Assembly (NCBI GenBank): GCA_053919585.1
Contig: CM132786.1
Strand: one strand, 5' to 3'
DNA length: 64,000 bases
Source of the DNA: Euprymna scolopes
Lineage: Eukaryota
Shown: positions 13,260 to 27,274 of the stretch, piece by piece
Layout of the letters: every line of letters begins with the position of its first letter
Position numbering within the stretch: the stretch's first letter is position 1
The notes under the pieces: generated by a model
Seen by the model: the letters and a program-made list of their open reading frames with translations, nothing else
Told to the model about the DNA's origin: nothing
The model's database searches: none
Position numbers and translations under genes: made by a program

Positions 13260-14267
13260 GATGAATGCAACGTTATGTGGGTTGAAAAAGAGCCTACAAA
13301 AGTAGTCTGAATTAGTATAGTATGTAAAGTTATCAAAGGGGGTGTATACGTATAATGAGTTTAAAATTGTGGGGTATCGAAGCCAAAGCAAAAAATGATG
13401 AAAAAGAAAAGATAACTGTTCCAGAAATGTACATCTTCATATCAACTTAGTTGCCCGTCGTAACTAAGACTGATCCAAAAGAATCATGCTTTTAGAAAAG
13501 CAGAAAAAAAGAGATGTTTTTATATGCCCCTATTGACACATTTCAATTTCTCATTTGCAAAGAGAAACGATATAATATTATACATGCCAGGAGTAACTTG
13601 AAATTATGGAAATAATGTGGAGCCAAAATTTCTTTCAAGGTGGGGAATTCGTAGCGCAATTTCGATATAAGCGAAATGTTCAAATTATCAAAATTCAAAG
13701 TTCAAACGTAAATATGTTAAATGCTTTTGTATTAGAAAGTATAACGCTACAATGTAGATATGTATAGATATATATAGAATTGTATATATCATTGCCACGC
13801 CGTCACCCAAAAAAAAAGGATGTATAGGATCTAAAATTCGAAAAAAAGACTAACATATATAGGACTCGCATATATTTTAATTTAGTTATTACATGAAAAA
13901 AATATAAGTATTTCGTATTTTTACACAAATGAGGTTAATCCTAAAAAAACACATTAATTACCTTCACTCGTTTGGGAAGTTTTCTAGAAAGATACAGAAG
14001 ATAGTTTCGAAATTCATTTACACTTTTTAGAATCCAATGTTAAAAATCGTTTTCCCCTGATTTAACTATACCTCATTTGATTGGGCGTTTATTCTTCTAT
14101 AATTTTTACTGTTAATATTTGTCTTTTCATTTAAATATTATTATATAGGTAAACTTATTCATATTTGACTTTTAATTGAATTATTATTCTATGGGAAAAA
14201 TTATAGAGGAATAAAAGACGAATCACATAGGGTATACGTTGTTTTAACAGTTACATGTATATATATA

Positions 14268-14340
<73 letters not shown>

Positions 14341-14348
14341 GTAATATA

Positions 14349-15138
14349 CAGTGTTTCCAAAAAGTAACTTAAGTATTAAATATATATTACGATTAATGAT
14401 TATTTTTTCTCTATTTCAGATATTAAACAATGTTATATTGGGAATAAATTATGGATCAGTACAACATTGAACAACGTATAGAAGATGTGGAATTGTTTTA
14501 CCAAAATCAGGTGTCAATTGTTTTGACTCTACGGCAGTTTAATATAAGAGAAAGCCCTAGTCAAAACAGGTTGTTTACAACCCCCAAATCTTGAAAGAAT
14601 TTGTTGTGGTGGCACCCACTCATTTACATATGTGAATAATATTACACATAAATAACAAGACTCGGTTAGTCTGAGTGTGTGTTAACCAGAAGCCACCGAA
14701 GGCCGAGCCGAGAGCAGATATGTTTTGCAGCCAAGACTCTCTTACCTGACAACCAATATATAATATACCGTAAATATACTTTTTCTAATACACTTCTTAT
14801 TGATCTACCTTTGTTTGTTGAGTCTTAATTTGTATTGCCTTATACGTTATTTGGTTCAAGCTGCAAACATAACAGAATTGAATGGAAAACATCAGGAACG
14901 AAATAAAGGAGTAAAATCGCAATCCAGAGATTCTGCAATCTGTCATGAATAATGTTTGGGAAAGAGCACAATATGCGAAGCTAAAAATTGGCAATATTAA
15001 AAAGATATCGTTTTTCATAAATAAAGATTGTTTGAATTTTGCATTGTTTCCTTTTACATTCATCACGTCTGTGATAAAATTACAGAAACAGTGATATATT
15101 AAAGTTCAAACCCCTTCAGTGTCTTTTTGTACAGCCTG
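14349..15138 (+). mobile_element. Internally deleted Tc1/mariner element (DUF4817-type N-terminus)
   Basis: TA-flanked imperfect TIRs CAGTGTTTCCAAAAAG / CTTTTTGTACAGCCTG. ATG at 14451 gives MDQYNIEQRIEDVELFYQNQ. C-terminal LQSVMNNVWERA..KDIVFHK* near 14935-15025. Confidence 0.75.
14602..14874. mobile_element. Solo LTR (273 bp) nested in the mariner remnant, 5-bp TSD GAATT
   Basis: Termini TGTTGTG...CATAACA (near-inverted); GAATT at 14597-14601 and 14875-14879. Confidence 0.75.
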
Positions 15139-15601
15139 TATATATGATAATGGCTTTTTCAAAAATTAGTTTTTTAACATTTGCATAAATAGTTTTTTTT
15201 AATTATTATTTTCGATAGGTATATAGAAATGTAAAAGAAACCATTTTCTTTATTAAATTGGAGGAATGAGATATTAGAGCGGATATAATTAAACGAGGCA
15301 TTGATTTGTTGTGTATATTTTTAACATAGTTTCATTCTCAAACACAAACTGGTGATGATGATCCATAATATGTTTTACCAAACTTATAATATGTTTTACA
15401 CTGAGAATGCAACTATTTTAAAGTTGACACACAAAAATATGTACGTCGTTTAATTGAAGGCGTTTTAATCCCCCATTTTTCTAATTTATTAAATTACAAA
15501 GAAACAAAGAAAAAGTCTCTTTCACATTTATAAATACTTATTATTATTTTCAAATAAGGATTCAAGAAAATAATTCAGATCTTTTTTGGATAATTAATAT
15601 T

Positions 15602-15659
<58 letters not shown>

Positions 15660-15670
<11 letters not shown>

Positions 15671-16394
15671 CTGAACATTTGTGTGTGATCACGAATAGGC
15701 TCGTGTATGGTTGACTATTATAGAAAACTGAAAACATATAATAAAAGAAGATGTATCGAGACACAGAAATGTGTATGTTTGATCTGGCATAATGATTGTG
15801 GAGTCTGCATACGCGCCTGGTCCACAAAGTATGGAAATAAAAAAATGTAAAAATTAAAAAAAAAGTTTACAAGTGTTTTTGATATAGATGTATATAATAA
15901 TACTTTTATAAGTATGTTTTAACTTAAATAGGGATGGTATATCGAAATTGTAGGGTCTGCGTTCGCGTCTGGCCTCCATAGAATGGAAATAGGCACACAC
16001 TTTAATAAAGACTTTTCATATTTGTCTGCGTAAGTATACTATGATAATTATGTTTTAGTTTGAAGAAATACGGTATAATAAAATTATGGGGTGTTCGTTC
16101 GCGCCTGACCTCCATAGAATGGAAATATATCACAAAGTTTAACAAGGTGTTTTAATATAGATTTACATAATATTGTGATAAGTGTTTCAGTGTGAACAGG
16201 TATGGTATAATAAATTATGGGATTTATCTACTTCATTTTTACTTTCATCATATTTTGCTTTGGTTTTGATATCCCCAAATTCGAAGCTATCACTTTTCAA
16301 CCCTTCCTTTTCATAACATATCATACTTTCATAAATAAGAGTCCATTTTCTGTAGGCTGTTTTTGAACGCAGTCAACGACGTGTACTTTTGTTA

Positions 16395-16395
<1 letters not shown>
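15660..16395 (+). mobile_element. Non-autonomous Helitron-like element, family B, with ~135-bp subrepeats
   Basis: Starts TATATAAAGCTGAA out of a TA tract. Repeated TGCGTTCGCGCCTGGCCTCCATAGAATGGAAATA-like blocks. 3' hairpin-like CGCAGTCAACGACGTG then TTAG|T. Homologue at 50160-50472. Confidence 0.6.
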
Positions 16396-16458
<63 letters not shown>

Positions 16459-16494
16459 GTTTTATTTTTATTACCGTATCTTTCTGTTAAGTTG

Positions 16495-16552
16495 CATTAT
16501 TGTTTCGGCTAAACGGCCGTTTTTTGGCCGTCTGTAGCGTCCTCAGACTTTT
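16495..16552 (-). ncRNA. Degenerate hammerhead-like motif at a Penelope-like terminus
   Basis: Minus strand: CTGAGGA c GCTA..ACGGCC aaaaaac GGCCGT..TAGC c GAAAC; the cleavage triplet is not clear. Confidence 0.45.
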
Positions 16553-17594
16553 ACAGAAATGTTCGCTATTTTGGGATGAAGGAGTGGAAGAATGAATGAG
16601 GTCAGGGGGGTTGCGAGGAGGGCGGAAGAGGAAGAGAGGAAGTGAACAAGGAGGTTACTTTAAAATTCGAGTCTTAAACTTTTTAGCGTCTCGTTGGTGA
16701 CGTGATTTCTTGTTAAGTATGTCTTGAGCTGTTGGGTGCTCGCTTATGTTTGGAGGCGGGGAGGGGGGCTATTATTCGGTTTATTTATTTTTAGTTTTTA
16801 TTTGGTTGTTAATTGTTTGGAGAGAGTCAGCATATATATATATGTATATATATATATAATTTCTTTATTTACACGAAATTATATGCTTATCTTCCACAGC
16901 TCTTAATATTTACACCCCTAATTTACTAACTTTCTCGTCAAGGAACATTTGTTTTACTCTGGAAAAAGCACACACTAAACAACCGAATCGTCGTCAGGTT
17001 TTATTATAGGTATATATTTATATATGAATGTGGGCGTGCAAGTTAAAAGGGAAGTATAGACAATTGCATAGATAGATACTATATTTTTCTTATTGCTTGG
17101 ATGAATAACACGCCAAAATATTATTTATCTAACTCAGCAGTCAAAATGTGATTTAAAAGATAATAATTTACTGTAATATTACAGGACTATGTAGAGGAAA
17201 CACTCGAACAAACTTGCCGCGAAATACACTCCTGTAATATCAGAAACGTACTATGTATTCACCCGAAAATCATCATGTTTTTCTGATGCGTAAGATCTGT
17301 ATTTATATCTAATATACAAGTTTACATAAATTTTAGAATTTAGCACGTTTAATGCAAAATGCTACAAAACATAACAAGAATCATTATTAAACTACACGAA
17401 GAAATCATTGATAAAAATTGCCATTGCCTTGAAAACTAATAATGAAAACTATATTCGGTTCGAGAGAAAAATAATTTGTAGATTTAAGAAAGAAAATCTG
17501 CAAGAAAAAGTGTCATGCTATGAAATCCGAAATTTGTTTAAATAAAACACAGAGTAAATGAGAAAATTCAGAGCATAAAGCTGACATTTATGCC

Positions 17595-17815
17595 ACATAA
17601 AACCGCAGTTCTTTTATTCGTTTTCCGATTCCATCGCCTGGGCGCGATTTTCAAGTAAAAATGCATTTATGGACGATGCCATAAAACCGATCACAGACAT
17701 CTTTTGTGATTTTTAACCGCCGCCATCTTTCATTTCGGTAAGCTGGTCTCTATTGTCCGATTTATTGATTTACCGTCGCCAGGATTTTTCTGAAATGATT
17801 GCATTTTTTCTTTGC
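17595..17815. promoter_or_regulatory. Candidate enhancer with posterior-Hox/Cdx-type sites
   Basis: TTTATGG-acgatg-CCATAAA inverted pair, CATAAAA, TTTTATT and TTTATTGATTTAC in a CpG-richer, apparently unique island. Confidence 0.3.
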
Positions 17816-20800
17816 TTGCTTTCTTATTTTTGCTCCGTTTAAAGTTTATCGTTTAAAAGTTGCCTCAAGCTAACGAACGCTTGTTAGAATCTCTGTGGAA
17901 ACTTAAGAGGCTGTTAAAATTATAGCTTCAGCTTTTCTCTCCAAAAAAATTCGAGGGATATTTTATGTGGAAAAGTTTGCGACTAAAAAAGTCAATGTTT
18001 TATCGTGACAAAACGTTAAAGTTTTTTTTCTTGAAACAAAATTTTACAAAAAAGGTCGGTGAAAAGCAATGATGGAATCAATGATACATGTACGAGTTGA
18101 AATAAAATTAATATAATCAAAAATCCACTCGATATTTGCCTATTCCGTCTAAGAGTGAGTTTTGCAATTCTTGTGCTTAACGAATTCTAAACTGGCAATG
18201 GCAAGTGGCGGGGATTGTGACTAATATGATGTTTCATCTTTTGAGTTAGAATAAAAAAGTACTTATAATAAGCATAAAGAACAAATAATTGTTGATTTAA
18301 ATAGACACAGCCAAAGCAAAGGAGGGGTAAGTATCTTTTGGCGGAGTCTCTTTTTAAACGTCTACCAAAAATCAAGTAATTATCTAATCAATACGAAATT
18401 TTACCAATTATTTAGTAAATAATAAGCTTTAAAAGAGTGTACTTTTTCCTCAATCGATATGTATGTATACAATTTTACCTAAAACCGCGTTCTTCATTTT
18501 TTGTTACAAATATGCTTAAAATAATTTGCTGAAAATGAACAAAATATATTGCATTGTGGAGGAGGATGAGAATTGTAAATAAAACAACATAAAAAGAATC
18601 GTGCACCTATCAGATAAGAAATCCGAATTTTGAATGTGTTCAATTTTTATATCTTGTTCTTTGAAGTGTGAAGTTCGTTGAATAAATGAATTATAATTAT
18701 TTTTTCAATATTTTTAGGACAAACGCTACTTTTAAATCTTGTAAAAATAATTAATAGTTTTCTTTTAGCGAACCTAATACTGCTAATATATTTTAATAGG
18801 AAATATTTTGAAGAATCGATACCAAAAATAAAAAATAATTGATACATAATTGCGCATTTTGCTAAAAATACAATAACTTCTTACGTGATATTACTTCACC
18901 TATTATAGACGATAAGTCCTACAGACAGTTGTTATCTCCCCTTTTTCCTTTTTGCTGTGATTGCTTGTGTCTATCGCTTGGTCCGGATGGCAGGACAGGG
19001 TAAAGTTGACTAGATAAAAATAAATGAGTAATCTCCAACACATATGGCATCTAGAAATTCCAAAATAGTCAACCATCTTGTTCTGGTCATTCTCATCGTT
19101 GCTAAAACTTCGGAGGTGATGGAAGCAACAATTTATATATATATTTAAATGTGTTATCCATCGAGACAATAATGGCGGTATATTGCGTTCTTTGGAACAT
19201 TAAAATTCTATTGAAATAGAAAATATTTTATATCATCTCTCTTTCAATTTCATATAAATATAAAACCAACTCTTTTCTCTTCTTCAAAAAATAGTTGCTA
19301 AAAAGTAATGGATTTTAATTCGTGTTTTTAACTTGTTTTTTTCTTTCAGTTTTGGTGGTGACTAATTTTTAAAATAGTTGCGTAATGAAATTATGCATAT
19401 TAAATTTGTGTATTTTTGTGATGGCATCTCTAGCAGGTTCATTTGAAATAAAACGAAATACGCTGCAGAGTGACGACCCAATTGTCAAAGAGCGAATTCT
19501 GTTTCCTTTCTAATCTCAAACATTAACCAAAATAGATCAATATAACCCAGTTAAAAATTTATATCATCAATGTCATTAAGAAAAACATCACAAGGTTCTT
19601 TGAATACATTTATATGGCAAGAATGTGCTCGCGTGTTCTTTCTTAATCATAAATGAAAACAACTTATTATACCTTTTTATCTATCTAAACTTTGAAATTT
19701 GATTCTTTTGAAAGGGTATTAATGTGTATGTGTATATTTATTTTAGTAGCAGCTGTATTAGTATTAGAAATGTGTGGCTGAATGCTAAATTAAATGACAC
19801 CCTCTCGTGGACATTTTTTAGGTGGAACTACTAACTTTAATAGCAGTTGGGATTTAGCAATTAGTAGTAATCAGATCAGTAATATTAGTGCCATTAGTTA
19901 ATTAATTAATGCAAATATATAATATCAAGTACAAAATTACCAAAATATCTGTTTTTTTAATATTCAAATTACATGTCTTCTGTGTTTCTTGCCTTAGTTT
20001 AATTCATAGTTGTATTATTAGTAAAAGCAGAAGCAATAAAAGCAGAAATATACCATTCAAGGAGGGGCAAGTAAATAATGGGTTTTCCGGTCGAACTCTT
20101 TGCAATTTTGTTCTGTATGTTGGTTACTAGGTTTGATCAGTCGCAATTGTAATAATAAATAATATTATCAGTATTTTCACGAAAGTCCTGGCAAAATGAA
20201 GAGACCCCATGCAAATATCACGACACTCTGTCCAGTACTCACGAAATCAGTAAGAATTTGGTTTTGTTTAGTATTCACTATATTAATAGTAGTCCATATG
20301 CAATAGTTATATAGTAGAAAAAATACTCTTTTTATTAGTTTTATCGATTTTTGCAACATGTCTTATTTTCCATATTTGGAAGTAATTGATCAAATGATAT
20401 TTTAGAAAATACTGCCCATAATAGGTATCTAAATTTAACTTTTAAATTAAGTGAAAATACGACCTGTTATTTTGAAAGCTTTAACTACACAGACATTGCT
20501 AATAGTGATTTTATGCTGAGGTACTCTAAGCTGTTCCGTGCTTATTATGTAATAGACGTTAATTCATTAGCATATTTGAAATATCCATCTACGTTATAAA
20601 TATATTATGCAAAATATTCGTAGAATATCCAATTGTATACGAACAATCTTTACTTAACGTTCTACACATTTTAAATACGTTGAAATGTAAAGCAATTTAT
20701 ATGACTTTCTTTCTTTTTTACTACTTTAATTTTTTCTAATATTCCAAATTTATTCAGAAAGTAATATTAAAATGAAAGTAAAATTGATTTTGCACTTTCA

Positions 20801-21929
20801 AAGTTTTGTTTAAATAAACCGTATGTAAATAAGTTATTGGGTCAGGTAGAAAACTTAAATTTCTTATTAATGTATAGCATTAATAGCATATTTTAATAAG
20901 GAGAATATAATGATGAACGAATATTATATCTTAATTTTCAATCGAAGTCTGACCAGCCATTTATGGACTATTGGTTTCAACTAGTTCGTGCAAATGCTTA
21001 CTGGAACAGATCGATAAAATAGACTTGAAAATATATTTTTTTCGAAAAACGGTAAAGTGTGTTAATAACTTTGCCCAGTTTTTTTTTTTTTTATCGTAAA
21101 TGCAAGAATTAAAAAGGCAAATTTAATCAATAATATCCTTTGTATTAATGTCGATCGTCTGCCATTCAAAAATATCCTTTATCGAAATTAATCTCAAAGG
21201 ACGTTTCTAGAGAATTGGAGAAGTATCTGAACGAATTGATAAAAGATGAAGCTGCGCTTAATTAAATTACCTTTAACTTTGATGGCTATATTTTTATTAG
21301 TTTTGGGCGCGGAAGAGGGTTATTTGTATGGATGACACATATATAATATACAATTAAGAAACAAAGTAAAAATGTGCTGTTAATATTCGCATGGTGGAAA
21401 ATATACAATTATATTCGTAATGATAGACATTTTTGTGTAACACTTAGAGTACTATATAATATAATTAAAATACGAATAGTTTACTACATTATTTAAACAA
21501 AGAACCATTTTTCATACATATATCAAAGTAGAGGAAAGTATCTAAATATTACTGATGACGCTTTAATTAATTAAGCTGTTCTTTTGTAAAGTGTAGTGTA
21601 TTACAGGATTTTTACTCGTATAGCAAAGAGTAGTGCAGTACTCCTTCTTTTCTGCAGAAAATATTATCCCAGGCATTATCTCTTCAATAAGAGTAAACAT
21701 ATGTTAAGGAATAAATGTGACTATCAAGTGATAACATTTTAATGTATCATAAAAATATGTCAGAGAATTGAGCATTTAATTAAACATCGATATGAATTAA
21801 GATTAAACAATCAATTGGTGGCAAAGTTATGACACGGATACGAAGTAATTATCGACTTCGAAATAAATAGTGCATTATTTGTTTTATTTAACTAGAACAA
21901 ATAACACATATCTATATGGATATACATGA

Positions 21930-22765
21930 AGTTAAGCCGGGCTTTACTCGGGTGCTATGTACTGTTCATTACTTTAAGTGCATATGTATATATATATATA
22001 TATATATAAATATATATATATTAAATCGTTTCACTCATGTCCAGGTAACCTACATCTAAAATTTCAAGTTTTTCGACACAAAATTGCTGCAGATGTTTGA
22101 TAGAGTCTGTATAAGTAAACTCTTTAAACGTTGATCTCTTGGTAGCCAAATATTTGCCTAAAAACCGATTAAGAAACTTGCTGCATTGCTAAAAATCTTT
22201 ATGTAAAATTTCAAATGTTTAGAGCGAAAATTGGCTGAATAGTTTGCTAGAGACCTCAAAAGTGAACTATTTTGACCTTTGACTCCCTGGCAGTCAAATT
22301 TTCGGCAAAAATCTGATTAAAAACTTAGCCTATGTCTGAATACATTTTATGTAAAACTTCAAATGTTTAAACAGAAACTGGCTGAGTAATTGGGTAGAGA
22401 CTGTAGGGGTCAATTGTTTTTTTATTTGGATCCAAATTTTATCACCATAACATTTATTGTTTTAGTCTCACATCAAATTAAAAACTTTGATCCATATCCA
22501 AGCAATCTACATCTAAAATTTCAAGTGTTTATACACAAAATTGGCGGAGGTGTTTGGAAGAGTTTTCAATTATCAAGTCGTTGAATTTACCCCCTTGGCA
22601 GTCAATTTTTTTCCAGAAAACTGAGTAAAAAGACTTTCTCAAATTTCAGTATCCTTATGTCAAATATCGAGTCTGTAAACTGAAAATTGACAGAGTATTT
22701 TGGTAGGGAATTGTGCATACAAAAACACACACAGGCTGACAATTTCACTGTTATAGAAATATAGA
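21930..22765 (-). mobile_element. Second copy of non-autonomous Helitron-like family A
   Basis: Reverse complement of 22650-22765 matches 4753-4860 (AATACTCTGTCAATT..TACAGACTCGA.ATTTGACATAAGG); ~21935-21975 matches the 3' end at ~5620-5660. Confidence 0.7.
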
Positions 22766-22889
22766 TATGCGTATGACTCGCATTTAGGTAAAATTGCACT
22801 TCCCTCTAAATAATTGAATTCATTAAAAATGTATTGCAAAAACAAAAACAAAAAAATAACATCTACTTAAATCACGATATATCACAACA

Positions 22890-23008
22890 GTCGTGCGAGT
22901 TGGTCGAATGGTCAGAGTTAAGGCTTCTTACCATGGGTCCCGATTTCGAATCTCGCTAAATTTAGCTACTCTGATGAGTTGTAAATGGCAAAACACGTGT
23001 CAGTGGAT
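22890..23008 (+). mobile_element. tRNA-derived SINE head followed by a type I minimal hammerhead ribozyme motif
   Basis: A box TGGTCGAATGG (22901) and B box GATTTCGAATC (~22942). Then ctact-CTGATGA-GTTG taaa TGGC-AAAA(G12A)-C-ACGT-GTC-agtgg, with stem I ctact/agtgg and palindromic stem III ACACGTGT. Confidence 0.7.
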
Positions 23009-23036
23009 AATTATATTTTAAAAACAATATATATAT

Positions 23037-23087
<51 letters not shown>

Positions 23088-23227
23088 CTCCAATTTGGGA
23101 GTATCTAATTGGTAAAAGGGAAAATTATTCCGCACTTGCATTTAGGTAAAAATGCACCTTTGTATAAATAATTGAATTCATTCAAAATATATCGAAAAAA
23201 TACAAAAAAATAACATATTTCTCTCTT

Positions 23228-23307
<80 letters not shown>

Positions 23308-23321
23308 AAAGTTGCTACACT

Positions 23322-23382
23322 AAGCATGATGATGTTTCGGACAGATAATAGTATAAAGCTACAATCCTTCGTCAGACGGTTT
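23322..23382 (-). ncRNA. Hammerhead-like motif at a probable Penelope-like terminus
   Basis: Minus strand: cgt-CTGACGA-a-GGA..TCC-GAAAC-atc-ATC-atg. The adjacent 23.4-24.9 kb is strand-skewed decayed sequence. Confidence 0.45.
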
Positions 23383-24934
23383 TATAAATGGTTGTTTTCA
23401 GAAGAGAAACCATTCCCCCTATAAAAAAGAAAGGGGTATATTTACTTAAAAAATACGAACTTGAGAGAAATGGAAAGAGGGTTCATATGGCTTATATATT
23501 ACAAGCATTCAGAAGGGGCAGAAGAAAAAAAGAAAATAGAAACAAAGAAAGAGGGCGTATTCATAGTTATCAGGGTGGGGTAATGAGGTACTAGGAAATC
23601 ATTAGACGAAAATGTGAAAGGTATAATTTTCTCGTACAAAGGAAGTAGAGAAATGTATACAAAACATTGGCTTGGTAAGGGTGTGAATATATCGGTGGAC
23701 CAAGTGGGCTAAAAATAGCTGGGATTAAATCAGACATGCTCGTTACTAAATAGAAAAAAAAGATAAAAAATATCATTATTTAGTATTAAGTAGAGAATTC
23801 CAAAGCATATATAATGGAGTATAATTTTTCAGACATAAAATATAAATATGCCGATGTTATTCGCTATTTTATTTTATTGTTAGGTGATAAACTTTATACC
23901 AACACTAAAAACAGAAATCATATAAAACATAAAAGTAAAATAAAACAATAATATAATAATAACTAAAATAATCGCAGTAATCTAAACATTTATTGAAATC
24001 ATTATATAAATATTGTAATAATAATACATAAGGAACATATGAATATAGGAATGATATTTATGACAGTGACATCCTTATAAAAAGTAAACATAAAATAAAA
24101 ATAACATGATACCCAGGACAAAAAAGCTAGGAATAGTGAGTAATTTAATAATTAAATATGAGAATAATAATAAAAATTGATGCCGTTAGAAAATTAAAAA
24201 TTATTTATAAAAAGAATTAAAATACAAAATACATAATAACAAACATATAATGAAATAATATTTATAGAAGAGTAGTGAAAAAATATAATGTAAGTTATAC
24301 TGCTTATTATCAGAATGATATGAATAAAAAACAAAGAGGTCCTTGTTAATATACAAATTAAATGCACATTACATGTAATAAAAACATAGATTTATTGTCA
24401 TAGGAGTAAAGAATTCAAATCGAAGAAAATAAGGTAGTAAATAAAAGTGTTATTAAAAATGCACCGTATGGCAGACAATAATAAAGAGTATGGTAAGAAT
24501 GTTACAGATGGTAAAGCTCATGCGGGAAGCTACAAGGAACGGGGAAATTTTATAACTAAGAATAAAGGATGGAAGAATATACGGTTATAGGAGTATATAA
24601 TGAAGGTCGGGTAGAAGTATGCGTGATAAGGGTTCTGTGTAACATATTAAACATTAATAAATGGAAATAGTTAATGCTTTATTTAATGTGTTATAAACAC
24701 TTTACATAAGAACAAGTATATTCAAGCTGGATTATAATATGTAAAGAATAAGAAGTAATCAATTGGATACTAGATTTAAATTTAGTAGCGTGATAGTAAT
24801 TGTATGGAACTAACATGAGTAGATCAGTAAGAGGTGAAGAGGTACGATAACAAAAGCATTTGCAATCAACCGTAAAAACACACCTTTATTTATAAGTAAT
24901 TCATAGTGATATAAAATGATTGTAACTAAAAAAA

Positions 24935-25900
24935 GTTTTATAGGAAAGCACTATTAAGATGTAGTGCAATCTTTCCCAGATCAGTATTGTTTAGAGTGTC
25001 TAATATCTCGATAAGGTCCACAAACACGATATACATCAGATTCTTTTCACGAACGTTCTCTGCAAACAATCTCAAGTAGAAAAGCATGTCTCTAATTGCG
25101 GGAACTGTACAAAAGCCACAAAGTATTGTCAATAACATGCGATATGAAAAGCTTGCTAAGATTTTACCAGCTATGCAAAGAAGAACAATAACGCGTTAGT
25201 TATCACATTCTACTTCCCTTAATTTTGTTAAAATAATAAATCAGACCATCTTTAAAATCTATTAGGCCTAACTGTTGCTTCTAAATTTTAACAAATAATT
25301 CTAGAAATTTCTTCAGAAGTTTTGTACTACTGTACTTCTTCGGTGTGAGTGCATCTATTCCATGTGATTTTCCCCACATAGTTTGTTTATTAGCTGCCAG
25401 ACATTCGTGAAGACTCGGTACAAAAAAAAAACTCTTGTAGGTCTGGTCATTGATTGATAAATTCCAGATTATCTTCAAAAGTAAAAGATGTATTAATGAG
25501 CACAGTATCAGAATGTTTCTGCCATCTTTTTGAGATTTCAGCCTTTTCTGTCAACAGGTTTCAATCGGTCGAATTAATCGCTTATACTCCGTTTTTCTGT
25601 GGATTAAACACTTTCGTTATACTTTCGTACAATACTTCGGAGTGATTTCTATTGAAGATTTCCTGGGAATAGTTTGCCCCTACAAGCTTCTTTCATTGTA
25701 TGCAGAGTTCTTTGAACATGGGCATTGCATAATGTATATAGTTTTTTTTTTAAATTCCTGGATGAGTTTTTATCATTAAGCAAGCTTTGTTGGAACGATA
25801 CCTTTCAGTGCTAAGAGCCTGTACATCTTAATTGTTTTCGTCAAACCAATCGTGTTTTTTGTGAATATACAGCCAATCACCTCGACAAATATTTACAAGA
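24935..25900 (-). mobile_element. RTE-clade LINE reverse transcriptase remnant
   Basis: ORF 24938-25138 CGFC..DMLFYLRLFAENVREKNLMYIVFVDL resembles RTE RT (QCGFR..DMIF.LRQLQEKCRE..LY..FVDL); GKSHGID upstream. Confidence 0.75.
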
Positions 25901-27274
25901 GTATTCTTTAGCGTTTCGATATTTTGGTTGCAAGATTTCAACTCCACTAACGAGAACAAACAAGAGTTCGTTACTACAAAGATTGAGAGAGACAACTCAT
26001 TCCAGACTCGTTCGTCCTCATGACTTGTAAACATACTCTCGACACTACAACCCGCAAGTACACAGACGACAGTATACTCAATTCGACGTCTCGCAAAGAA
26101 ACACATTGATCAAGTAGAAACATTTTCAATAGTGACGCCGACAAGCGAACACATTAGCTGAAAGTTCTTGTAACAAACAAATACCCTAATAAACGAAAAC
26201 TTTAGGCAGACCAATCCGTGATAAAACCACCAAACAAGTGTCGACCTAATCTCGGTTTACACGAAAACATTCTTTCAGGATATTACGTTGGGAAAACGCG
26301 CAGCTATGTAAGTTTTACACTCTATGACTAAAGTAAATATGCAGGCCGTTTTTTTTTCTTACATCATAATAAAAAGTAATTGCAACGAATTGAACAATTT
26401 TTCCTTAGCTGTCGGAACTTTATTCAAATTATTTTCTCAAAACAACGTTCAGGTCAGATTGGTAAAAAAGTTATATCCTTCCTTTTCCATCTACAAAAAC
26501 ACAGACACATTTTTACGTGTGCATTTTAGGCTAATTTCAATGAACATTTACTCTATCAAACAACATTTATTGCGTCTATTTAATGAAAGCACTGATTTGT
26601 TTGTTGTATGGATTTTCGTTGTGTCTAAACATCGGCAATGAGTTTTTTATAACCGACTCTATATGCGGACGATGCTAAATTGTGGTTCCCGGAGGTAGCC
26701 GAATTTTCCGGAATACACAATATTAATCCTCACAATTGGTTATGCGTGTAACATCGTGGCATGCCTGTTTATCTAGCAAAATACATCCCGGAATTTAATT
26801 AAAACCCCGCCTACAGGCATTAATGTGAAGAAATAAAATCAAAGTTATTGAAGGTCAACATTGCGTCAGATGAAATCAAATTCAGTACACTAATCGATGG
26901 TAAACACGTAGATAGTTTCTGAAACGGTTAGCGGAACTTTCAAACCGATCGGCAGAAGTCGCACTAATCATAAAATGTTTATTTTATGCTTACCAACTAC
27001 ACGTTTGCTTATACTGTCCCCGAACTCGAAGGAAAACTACTGAACTGGCTACTATGGCAGAAAGAATTTAAGAGTTTTACCCCCATACTCAGCTAGCGAT
27101 CCTGGTTAATTGATATTGTAAAACATTCCGGTGCTAAGCAGCAACTGATTTCGGTTAATGACGAACTGTTAACAAAGACTGAGTCGTTAACACACAAGTT
27201 CTTCGTGTTAGGAATTGAAGTAAGAATTTCACAAATAATACTTGATTATAGTGGTATCATTTAATATATGATGA

